Of a stretch of 64,000 nucleotides of DNA, positions 51,602-60,958 are shown piece after piece. The position numbers and the translations under genes were made by a program. The notes under the pieces are model-generated. The model saw only the letters and a list, made by a program, of their open reading frames with translations, was not told the DNA's origin and made no database searches. Every line of letters starts with the position of its first letter. The first letter of the stretch is position 1. This DNA comes from Diplonema japonicum (taxonomy: Eukaryota > Protista > Euglenozoa: Diplonemea), in assembly GCA_964019335.1 (NCBI GenBank), contig OZ025702.1, positions 455,751-519,750 of the forward strand, given 5' to 3'.

Positions 51602-53404
51602 ATGATCCGTAAGGCACTGCAAGCAGCACGGATGGAAGTGCACCACGATGCGCCCACAATGCACGTTGCTGTGATAAGAGAAGGCCACAAGGATGTGACA
51701 GCCAGGAGAAACGAGGAAGAAGATGTCGAAAAAACCTTGGAGAGGCTGTCTAAAAAGCTCAAAGCGAAAAACTGCACACTCCACCACGAGGACCGCGTCA
51801 TTACCAACCTCGCGCTACACGAGGCCCTCTCCGGGGACGGCAGGTTTTTAGAAGTAGATCAACTCCGCCTTCCCGTCCACTACAACCCTCCCAAGATCGC
51901 TTCCATAGAACTATCCTCAAAACACCCTTTCGTCGGTGTGCCAATGACCGCTAAGCCTGTTTGTTACACAAAGAAATCCCCTTTTGAATTTACATACGAA
52001 TGGTCAGTAGACGGTAAGATAGTCTGCAAGGATGCAGTTTTCACCCCAAACGAAACATCGAATTCTGTTGTCTCAGCACGCATCACCCCTCATAGCGAAT
52101 GTACAACCGGTGTGACTGCCACCATTGAAACCATGGACCCGATATTGGATCTCCCTTCCGATTTAATAAACAAACAGGAGTCTTGGGTAAAAAAACCCAA
52201 TGAAATGGATATCAGAGTGTGCACTTACAACTTACTTGCGGATCAATACGCTGCTGGAACGGACTCCGGTCGTGAAGCTTATTCCCACGTAGCTCTCCCA
52301 ATTCTCACCATGGGGTACCGGTCACAAGCTATCTTGTCCGACATTTTAAAAATCTCCCCTGATATAATATCCTTGCAGGAGGTCGGGCATCTGCATTACA
52401 AACGTCTTCGCGATGTATTGTCGTGGTTTGGGTGGGACGGGTGGTTCGAATTGAAGCTCAAGGCGAACGAGGGATGCGCTGTCTTCTGGAAGCAATCCCG
52501 GTTCCGAATGGTGTTCAAGGAAGCCCTCCCGCTCGGCGGTACGGATTTAAACACGATTCCCTTCCCCCAGTCCGTCAAGCTCGCCGTTGAAAACTGCAAG
52601 GAAACCACCGAAACCTTTTCATACGTGGTTTCTATACTGCAGTACGCCGAGTTCAAGGACATAACGGCTGATAAGCTGTTTGGGTTTTGCAACACACATT
52701 TGTTCTACCACCCCACGGGTGGGTGTATCAGGCTGGCGCAGCTTGCAGCAATTTACAATTACGTGTCTTTAAGAGGACAGGGAAACTCGTGTATTATATC
52801 CGGAGATTTGAACACCGTCGCAAGACAATTCCCTATAAACACGGATCTGTCCGATGACAGTATTTCTTGGAGGTGCGACAAGTATAAGGATGTTAAAACC
52901 ATGTGTGTTTCAAAAGGGAATTTGATGCTTGAAGACGAGAGGGTTACAAGCCTCAGTTACGAGGTGGCAACAGGTATCCTGAAGGTCAACCGCTGGGAAG
53001 GGAGGGTTAGGGAACGGTACATCCTCAACAAAATTGCTTCGATGGGTAAAAGAACAGGTTTTGCCGGCGTTTTCCCCGATGCCCTCCCGGCAACCGCAAG
53101 TTACAGATTTCTGTGCGGTGATACCATTTCATGCAGTGACAGAGATATGATGATCAACGTTGCTGTGAAGCCTCCGTTCGTTCTTGAAAATCCCAACGAG
53201 CATCTTGAATTTACTTGTCATTCGCCTAAATTCACAGAAGTGCTAGACTACACTCTTTTCTCGCTGTCTACTTTCTCCCTATCTCGCATTATGCCTGCGT
53301 ATGATTTTGCTTCTGTGCGGGCTCGCATAACAGGGTTTCCCACTGACTTCAACCCGTCAGACCACATCCCTGTTTATGTTGACTTGTCGTACCAGGTGTC
53401 GTGA
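51602..53404 (+). CDS. PDE12: 2',5'-phosphodiesterase 12-like CCR4/nocturnin/Angel-family EEP nuclease
   Basis: VCTYNLLADQY, LQEV, NTHLFYHP, GDLN, LDY, PSDH motifs with a PDE12-type N-terminal extension. Confidence 0.85.
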   Translation: MIRKALQAARMEVHHDAPTMHVAVIREGHKDVTARRNEEEDVEKTLERLSKKLKAKNCTLHHEDRVITNLALHEALSGDGRFLEVDQLRLPVHYNPPKIASIELSSKHPFVGVPMTAKPVCYTKKSPFEFTYEWSVDGKIVCKDAVFTPNETSNSVVSARITPHSECTTGVTATIETMDPILDLPSDLINKQESWVKKPNEMDIRVCTYNLLADQYAAGTDSGREAYSHVALPILTMGYRSQAILSDILKISPDIISLQEVGHLHYKRLRDVLSWFGWDGWFELKLKANEGCAVFWKQSRFRMVFKEALPLGGTDLNTIPFPQSVKLAVENCKETTETFSYVVSILQYAEFKDITADKLFGFCNTHLFYHPTGGCIRLAQLAAIYNYVSLRGQGNSCIISGDLNTVARQFPINTDLSDDSISWRCDKYKDVKTMCVSKGNLMLEDERVTSLSYEVATGILKVNRWEGRVRERYILNKIASMGKRTGFAGVFPDALPATASYRFLCGDTISCSDRDMMINVAVKPPFVLENPNEHLEFTCHSPKFTEVLDYTLFSLSTFSLSRIMPAYDFASVRARITGFPTDFNPSDHIPVYVDLSYQVS

Positions 53405-53418
53405 AGGAAAGCAAAACC

Positions 53419-53469
<51 letters not shown>

Positions 53470-53472
<3 letters not shown>

Positions 53473-55248
53473 TCTACCAACGGACCATTTTTGCCCATCA
53501 GGGGGTAAATTTTCAAAACTTCAAAAAAAAACTATTCTAGTGCAACGCTAGGGCTATATGCCCCCGGAAATGCCTCCAGATGTCCCAATTCTAGAGAGGG
53601 TGCCCACAGCAGGGCCCACCCCCACAACATTGTCAAAAATATCGTTCCCGAAGTGCTCGAGAGGGGGTACAAAAAACAAGTCAAAAAGAATCGACTGTAA
53701 AATTCTATAAAAAGCTATTTAAGGCCTTCTTGACGCGGTTCGTACGCGCCCCAGGGCTGGGGGACTTCTTTTTTGACCCCGAGAGGGGTTTCTGGGGGGT
53801 ATCCCCGGCAAGGTGGTAGTCTTTGAAGCACGGAGTCACGCAAAGTTGTACCAAGCAGGCTGAACACTGAAATAGGGGTCTTTTCGACTTGCAATGCTTG
53901 CACCGCACGTTGCGGGGAAATGGTCCCAGAAGGTACTGTCGCGTCGCATTGGGGCCTCAGGGCACTCGTTCTGTGTTTCGGGGCATGGTATTGGGGCAGC
54001 CTGCTCTGTAGTTGACTTTAGCTGTTGTTTGGGCAGCCTCCCTAGTAGCCCTTCGATGACTGCCTCTTTGAAAGGCGTGAATCCACTGTCGTTCATACTC
54101 AGGGTGTTGGGGGGCAATGCTTCTTTCCAAACAAGCCGGGCATTTGCCAGAGATTTATCTAACAAGTACGAAAATACTTTCAGGGGCCACTTCGAAGTCA
54201 TAAGGGTGCGTTTATGGCGTTTTGTCACAGCGTCACCCAGCGTCGGTTCCGCCCATTGCGGTGTTGTAAATATGCACTTGGTGGGGAGCGGGATGTCCTT
54301 TCTGGAGGGCCTCCGGCTTTCATTCTCTTTTGGCCGACACGCCAAATTTGACTTCACCAGAACATCCAACGTCGACAGAAAGCGCACAGGCTTGATGTCA
54401 TGCCACGTTGTGGTGCAAAGGATGCTCACGTGCTGGTGGAACTGGGTGTCCCCACAGGGTGCGCGTCCTTGGGCATGCGGCCTCGCTTCTTTGGGCATCC
54501 GTGATCTCCGGGAGGCCTTCGCGATAGGTAGAAGTCAGCACGCTTGTTTGTTTCGCTGTGGAAATAGTCAAAAAGCGGTCTCTTGACATGACGGTGGCAC
54601 CCAGGGGTGTGGTTGAGAGGCGTGGAGCCAGTGCGCCAGTAGTCAGAATAATCTGGCTTGATATCCAAATCCATCGACAAAAGGGCACCTAGGAAGGTAC
54701 GCAGAGAAGCAGCATCGAGATCCAGGGAAACACCTTTTTTAGCTGCATTTGCCACATTGTTCGAAGTTATGACCCGAATAACGTTTGGGACGAGCATTTG
54801 GGAGAATATATGGAATGGCGTTGAGCCTCTGATGTCAAAACAGGGTCCACAAGGATTCCGATCTTCACGAAACCGGATGCCTTCCAACTGCTCCGGCTTT
54901 GCCGTCCAATCACCCTGCTGTGACTCGGAATCGGTCGAATTCGAATCAGAATCACTGTTTGTATCAAAATTGCATAATAGGGATGAGCCATCAGTGCTAC
55001 CATCACTCATAATGTCGTTTTCCGGCCTCTTTCTGGGTGCCCTTTTTGAAGTGATTTTTAAGGGTAAATTTGGGCTGGCGTTTTTTTTTATTTTTTCATT
55101 TTCTTGTTAAGTTAGGGCATTTAGTTTAAAAAATAAATATTTTTTCATATTTTCCGCGCAGGACCCCGGATGCGAGACGTGTCCGGGCTGTATTGCATTG
55201 AAAGCCCTTTGCGCAAAAGATTTTTTTTCAAATCGTCTCTTTAGATGG
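53470..55248 (-). mobile_element. Decayed piggyBac DNA transposon with TTAA target duplication
   Basis: TTAA|CCATCTA ... TAGATGG|TTAA ends; frameshifted transposase on the minus strand. Confidence 0.88.
53705..55010 (-). pseudogene. piggyBac transposase pseudogene (frameshifts, internal deletion)
   Basis: Pieces in several frames: acidic N-terminus, LRTFLGALLSM..YSDYW, MSRDRF, WHDIKPVRFLST, KWPLKVFSYLLD, Cys-rich RCKHC..CSAC.V.LC..CFKDYH. Confidence 0.85.
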
Positions 55249-55446
55249 TTAAATATTGTTTCTTTCGCTTTTATCTATCCAATACGAGGGAACAAAAAAA
55301 AAAAAAAAAAAAACACCCCCCATTTTTTTTTTTTTTGCTCTTCTTTCCCTTCTCCCTAAAAAGGAATTTAAAACACACAATATAAACTGTTAAAGGGAGG
55401 GAGAAAATAAATAAAAAAAGAAGAAAACCTCCCCCCCCCAAAAAAA

Positions 55447-56694
55447 ATGCGTAATAGAAAAGATGATGAAACACGGGGGAGTGAAATACAGGACATGGAA
55501 GAGAAGAGAGGAGAACGGAAGCCAGGGCATTTGAAAACATGGGTATTGTTGGTGATGTTGGTGTTGCTGATGGCCTTGGCGGCCTTGGGTTCGAAGACGA
55601 GGAAACGGCGGAAGACGGAAAGATATAACAAATTCAAAGAAAGTCCGGAAGCCACCGCACACAACACACCACTACTCCCGCAATTACACCCCGATTCCAC
55701 AAGGGTACTGGTCACGGGAGCAGCGGGATTTATAGGAATGCACACAGTTCGAAAATTCATATCACACGGAATCCGTACATTCGGGATAGACAACTTCGAC
55801 AAGTACTACAGTGAAGGGCTGAAGCACGCGAGGCTGGACATCCTTCGCCGGGAGGGCAACAGTTTGTTTTCCTTCACAGAGGGGGACTTCTCCGACGAAG
55901 GAACAATACAAAACCTCCTAAAAAACAACAACATAACACACATCGTCCACCTCGCAGCACAGCCCGGCATAGAGTACTCGCTGAGAAACCCCGTTGCCTA
56001 CGTAACCACCAACGTTCTAGGCCTCACAAAACTCTTAGAAACAATCTCAAAAGCAAACCCTCAACCTGTGTTCATATACGCATCCTCTTCATCTGTTTAC
56101 GGTAATGTCAACCCACCCTTCAAGGAGACACAGAATGTGAACCCTGCCAATGTATATGGCACCACAAAGGTACAGGGCGAACAGCTTGTTTCTACATATT
56201 CGAAGATTTACGGAATCAGATCTGTGGGTCTTCGATTTTTCACTGTTTACGGGCCGTGGATGAGGCCTGACATGGCGGTTTATATCTTCTCCGCGAAGAT
56301 TTTGAAGGAGGAGACGATCACGCTGAGGGGAAGGAGTCTAGCAAGGGATTTCTCATTTATCACTGATGTGACGGAAGGTGTTTTCCGTGCCACGCGATAC
56401 GCCTCTGGGTTGCCGGGTCCTGGTCACGAAGTGTTCAATATTGCCTCAGAGCAACAGCACCGCGTAGATAGGCTTGTCGCAATGCTCGAGAGCATTTATG
56501 GCAAGCCTGCCAAATATGTTACTGCATCCTTCGACTCTCATAATGTACTCTCGACAGCAGCATCCTTGATGCACACTACGAGGAATCTGGGGGCACTTCC
56601 TTCGACGCCCTTGAAGGTCGGCCTCACGGAGTTTTCGGAGTGGTTCCTCGCCACTAGAAATGCGAGCTGGGATTGGACGCTCCCTGAGAAATGA
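55447..56694 (+). CDS. GAE: UDP-glucuronate 4-epimerase (extended SDR), type II membrane
   Basis: VLVTGAAGFIG, HLAAQPG, ASSSSVYG, YGTTK, LRFFTVYGPW.RPDMA; N-terminal TM. Confidence 0.9.
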   Translation: MRNRKDDETRGSEIQDMEEKRGERKPGHLKTWVLLVMLVLLMALAALGSKTRKRRKTERYNKFKESPEATAHNTPLLPQLHPDSTRVLVTGAAGFIGMHTVRKFISHGIRTFGIDNFDKYYSEGLKHARLDILRREGNSLFSFTEGDFSDEGTIQNLLKNNNITHIVHLAAQPGIEYSLRNPVAYVTTNVLGLTKLLETISKANPQPVFIYASSSSVYGNVNPPFKETQNVNPANVYGTTKVQGEQLVSTYSKIYGIRSVGLRFFTVYGPWMRPDMAVYIFSAKILKEETITLRGRSLARDFSFITDVTEGVFRATRYASGLPGPGHEVFNIASEQQHRVDRLVAMLESIYGKPAKYVTASFDSHNVLSTAASLMHTTRNLGALPSTPLKVGLTEFSEWFLATRNASWDWTLPEK

Positions 56695-56728
56695 ATTGGG
56701 TGGGTCGGGTTTTTTTTTTTTTTTTTTT

Positions 56729-58565
56729 GGGACATTGGAGTTCTGCGACCTGACGGGGATGGAAATCAACAAGGAGAAGACTGTTGGTTTCGGCACAGCT
56801 GAAGATTTCAAATCGAAAGTCATAGGAAACCGAACGGAGATGAGGAAAGGCTTGGAGGTCGCGGTACCCTACAAGACGGTGACAGACCTCTGCGGACTGG
56901 GGGTGAAGATCAACACACGCAGGACAGGAACGACGTGGAACAAACCGACCACGGGGGCGCTTGGCTTGCTGGACCGACTGGGGGGCACAAGGATTGCTTT
57001 CGAAACCAAAGCACACTTGGTCAGCACGACGGTCCTGCCATCTTGCCTATACAGTGGGCCGTTCTCCCCTCCATGTGATGAGGCACTCAAGAAGCTAACG
57101 ACGAAGATCACTTGTAACCTGTGGGGCCCTCATCACCGTGGACGGTCGCCCACCGCGGTAAACACAGTCCTGCTGAAGGGGCACACCAATGACCCCCTTT
57201 CCTACGTAATGTACCACTCCCTGAAGGTAGTATCCGGAGCACTCGATAACAGTCGGCTACGGCAGAGATGCATACAGATCGCTGCGGGGTATGACGCGGG
57301 TTCCATCCCGATGGGGCCGGTTGGCAACCTGGTCTGCCGGTGGCTTCCCCGAATAGGATGGAGTTGGGCGCAGCTACTAGGTTGCAACACATCTTGGGCC
57401 GAACGCGGACACATCTTTAGAGAGGTGGTGAGGAAGGCCCGAAGTAGGACGCTGGCGGTCGAGAGGAGCACGATAAGCGGGATAGAGCCGGGGACGGACC
57501 CCAAGACGAACCGATTATGGAGGACGGCCAAGGACCCGCTCATGTCCTACAGCCTGAGACGAGTGATCGCAGGAGGGGTTCCCTACCTAAACCCGCACGC
57601 AAATGCGAAGCGAAAGAGCGTCCCACTGGCGCCTGAAGGTGACGACAACGGTGACGACGAGGAGAACATGGGCCAGGCACCAACGACGGAGGTATCGCAC
57701 ACGCAAGGATTCAGATGCGACCTGTGCAAGTCTCCACACCCGGACACGGTGACCTTACTCCGCCATCAGCTGTATGAGTGCGCCTGTGCACAAGAGGAAC
57801 TGGCACTAGACGGAATGGAGCCGTTGCGCAACAGATCAGGATGGCCCCTATGTCTGGAGCTGCACGCGATACTGCCGAGGGGGCATGTCTTCGCACACCT
57901 GGAGAAGCTGCAACGATACATGGCTGTGGTGGTCGGGAAACGGGATGTGGAGCTCATGCAAATAGACAACGCCAGCACACAGCCGCTGCCGTGGGTACGC
58001 AATGTGGAGGGAAGGAGATGCCTCGTGCCAACGGCGGGGGAGCTCGAAGGAGTGGGAGGAATCGTCGCAGAATTCTTGAACCCGCTGCTGCAGTGGTTGT
58101 CACAGCTACGATGGGTGAAGGAGGACACCAGCTCTGAAGTGTCAGCGGTGGAATTGGCCATCGACTTCGAATGGACGACAGGCAAGTTACTGGGAGGTCT
58201 GCTGGAAGATAGGGCTCGCAAGATCAAAGCACTGATAAGAAAGCTGAACGCGGCATGCAGGGCACGGAAGAAGCCACGCCCCTTCCCAGCGGATGAACAG
58301 AAGAGAGTGAAGTCCCTCATCGCAATAGGTGGGAAGACGGCTATGGGTTTCGCCAGGAGGCCCATCTTCGCCACCCACTCCACGCACGACAAGCTGATGG
58401 AACTGAAAGCCGCTTACAAGCGAGACCGCATCACACGACTCCGCAAGACGCTCAAGGCCTCGATTGGAACGAAAGCAATGCTCCAGAAGGGGAGTATAAA
58501 TAGATAGCCCCCCCCAACCCACCCAAGGGCGGCCCTCCATGAGGGGGTTTGTCCTGCACTTTGAG
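56729..58565 (+). mobile_element. 5'-truncated non-LTR retrotransposon (copy L-B): end of RT plus C-terminal domains (ORF to 58507)
   Basis: EFCDLTGMEINKEKT, VLPSCLY, CDLC...HQLYEC, WLSQLRW...VSAVELAIDFE align with the C-terminal third of L-A ORF2; bounded by T19 (56710-56728) and T13 (58566-58578). Confidence 0.9.
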
Positions 58566-58579
58566 TTTTTTTTTTTTTC

Positions 58580-60919
58580 AAGGGGAAGTCCGGCGAATCC
58601 ACCAGGCCGAAGACGAGGGAAGCGGTGCAGGATCTGGCCAATAGGCTGGAGGGTTGGAAGGTGATAGACACCGGAAGAAGGCAGGGAGAGTGCTTCTTCG
58701 AAGCGGTGTCGTACGCGGTGCACGGCGCGAGGGACGAGGCGGGGGCGCTGCGGGAGGTGGTGGCCTCTCATCTGGCGGGGAAGGACTACTCCTCCTTCAT
58801 GATGGTGGAGGAAGGGGAGAAGGCTGCGGCGTGGAAGGAGTACCAGAGGCTGGTAGCTCTTTCGGGAACGTGGGCGGACAGGCTGACGGTCAGCACGATG
58901 TCCGTGGTGATGGGACGCAGGATCTGTGTCTTTGCTGTAAGGGATGACATCCTCACCCTGAGCTGCTTCGAGCCGGGGAGTAGGAATGAGGTACCAGACA
59001 CGGCCACGCTATGGCTGGGCTATGTGGAGGGCCACTACGTCTGCGCGGTGAAAGGGGAGGACTCGAAGATGCCTACCACTACAGCGTATGTGCCGCCGGT
59101 GAGGATCCCACTCCCCATCCGCAGCGAGGGCGCGAAGGACGGGAAGAAGAAGGAGCAGGGCAAGCCGGCACGCAAGGCCATCATCGCATGCCTTGCCGAG
59201 GACGAGTGGCCCGTGCACGTGCGGGAGTGGGAAGGGGCGGAGACACAGCCGGAGCGGGCGGTGTACCTTGTCCCGCAAGGCTCTGAACGGTTGGCAGCGG
59301 AGTGGCTAAGGGGCGCGCCGGCTGCAACGGTCGTTTCATGGGGACGTCTCCCCTACTTCTGCGGCGAGGAGGCTGAGGTCCTTCTGAGCACGAACGAAGG
59401 GCGCGGGAAGACGTGCAGACGCCTGCAGGTGACATCCCGCAATGGTCACCCTGCGATGCCGGACGCAAACAAGGAGGAGATGGAGGAAGAGGAGGAGCTG
59501 GAGGAGCCGGAGACCTGCACCTCGGAACTCTATCTGGTTACTCAAACATCGCTGGACGCCGAGAAGGCCAGGTCGAGAGTATTGACATGGCTGAGGGAGA
59601 GAGCAGGGCGGTACCTCACCAAGAGAGGCAGGAAGCGGGACGGCGTTTTCGAGGTCCCAATCACGGTGATGAAGACCGATGTCCAGTCGATCCTCATGCG
59701 CAGTGGCGAGGACGGCGTGTTTGTGCGCCAACCGTGGGAAGCACGCGATCTCCTGCCGGTTTTGTGGCTGGAGGGCACGGCACTGAAAGCGGCACTGCTG
59801 TTCAGGCGTGAAGTGTGCGGATGGGGACTGACCTTCAAGAAGTCGGGCAAGTCCGTCGTCTACGGGGTAAGGGTACCGAAAGCCGAGCTTGACACAGCAA
59901 GGCGGGTGCTCAAAGACCGACATGCCGATCTGAAGGTGACAGCGACAGCAGCGACACTGCTCGACGGCGAGCACTATGAGGTACAAGGGGTGCCCTCTTC
60001 GATGAACGGCCTCGAGCTGGAAGACCGCTTGAAACGGTCGGGATGGCCGGTCACGGTGAGGAAGAGGCTGCATAGGTTTGGCGAAAAACAGTCCTGGGCC
60101 GTGACTTCGTGCTCGAAACCGAGAGGTCTGGTTCTGAATGTCCAGGGCACGCGTTGGACCATCCAGCCGCTGGAGGGTGACCTGCAGAAGAAGAAGAAGA
60201 ACAAGAAGGGCGCGAGTGACAGTAATAAGGCCGTATTCACATTGCCGCCGAACGCCATATGGGGCAGACAAGCCGGGCAGGCGAACCCATCATCCGCGCC
60301 TACACCTGCGCCAGTGTCGGACACGCAGGCGTCAACACACCACGCTGCGTCAACACCTGCGACGCACTCAACGCCGGTAGCCGAGGCTCTACCCCCACCG
60401 AACGCGCCAGCACCTGCTACGAAAACGATGGCGTCTGTCGACGCTTTCGAGGAGTGGGCGCGGAAGAAAGAGCTGGAGCACGAGCAGGAGAGGAAAGCGA
60501 TGGAAGCGAGAGTGGTGGACATGGAGAGGAAGGCTGCCGCGACCATCTCGCTAGTGAAGTCGATGGAGCAGAACATGCAAGCTCTCGGCAGGCAGATGGA
60601 GATGGTAACAACACGTCTCGAGAGGTTGGATGCGGTGGCTGTGGCGGTGTCCGAGCTGGTTAAGACTGTCCAGTCTATCCAGCAGGACATCCAGACTGCG
60701 AAGCGCACGGACAAGAAGAGGAAATGCGACGACACGACGACCAGCAAGAAGGCACATTCGGGTGCCCTTGTCCCCACGAGTGCAACGGGTTCGATGACAC
60801 CGATATACCTGCCCGGCGGCACACCGACATGTGCGGCCACACCTGACGTGCACATGGCCATAGCTAACACTATGACCCCCATCCTACCAATCGAACATGA
60901 CCCTGACGAGTTCAACTGA
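58580..60919 (+). CDS. L-C ORF1: OTU-like cysteine protease, conserved ORF1 core, coiled coil (probably 5'-truncated)
   Basis: QGECFFEAVS (Cys 58691-58693), LREVVA, GTWAD, GHY (His 59033-59035); frame open from the T-run with no ATG before the OTU Cys. Confidence 0.82.
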   Translation, partial: KGKSGESTRPKTREAVQDLANRLEGWKVIDTGRRQGECFFEAVSYAVHGARDEAGALREVVASHLAGKDYSSFMMVEEGEKAAAWKEYQRLVALSGTWADRLTVSTMSVVMGRRICVFAVRDDILTLSCFEPGSRNEVPDTATLWLGYVEGHYVCAVKGEDSKMPTTTAYVPPVRIPLPIRSEGAKDGKKKEQGKPARKAIIACLAEDEWPVHVREWEGAETQPERAVYLVPQGSERLAAEWLRGAPAATVVSWGRLPYFCGEEAEVLLSTNEGRGKTCRRLQVTSRNGHPAMPDANKEEMEEEEELEEPETCTSELYLVTQTSLDAEKARSRVLTWLRERAGRYLTKRGRKRDGVFEVPITVMKTDVQSILMRSGEDGVFVRQPWEARDLLPVLWLEGTALKAALLFRREVCGWGLTFKKSGKSVVYGVRVPKAELDTARRVLKDRHADLKVTATAATLLDGEHYEVQGVPSSMNGLELEDRLKRSGWPVTVRKRLHRFGEKQSWAVTSCSKPRGLVLNVQGTRWTIQPLEGDLQKKKKNKKGASDSNKAVFTLPPNAIWGRQAGQANPSSAPTPAPVSDTQASTHHAASTPATHSTPVAEALPPPNAPAPATKTMASVDAFEEWARKKELEHEQERKAMEARVVDMERKAAATISLVKSMEQNMQALGRQMEMVTTRLERLDAVAVAVSELVKTVQSIQQDIQTAKRTDKKRKCDDTTTSKKAHSGALVPTSATGSMTPIYLPGGTPTCAATPDVHMAIANTMTPILPIEHDPDEFN

Positions 60920-60958
60920 AGGGACGCCAGCCATGAAGACATCCGGAGGGACATCTTC

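Noticed and set aside
17934-53404. Apparent cluster of RNA-metabolism genes (PUF, CCCH, PAP-like, PDE12-like)
   Set aside because: Spread over 35 kb among unrelated genes; directional clusters in such genomes are generally not functional operons, and synteny data would be needed
56660-56728. Apparent overlap or fusion of the epimerase 3' end with the 615-aa ORF
   Set aside because: The ORF start is read-in across the T19 junction of a 5'-truncated LINE; not a real N-terminus
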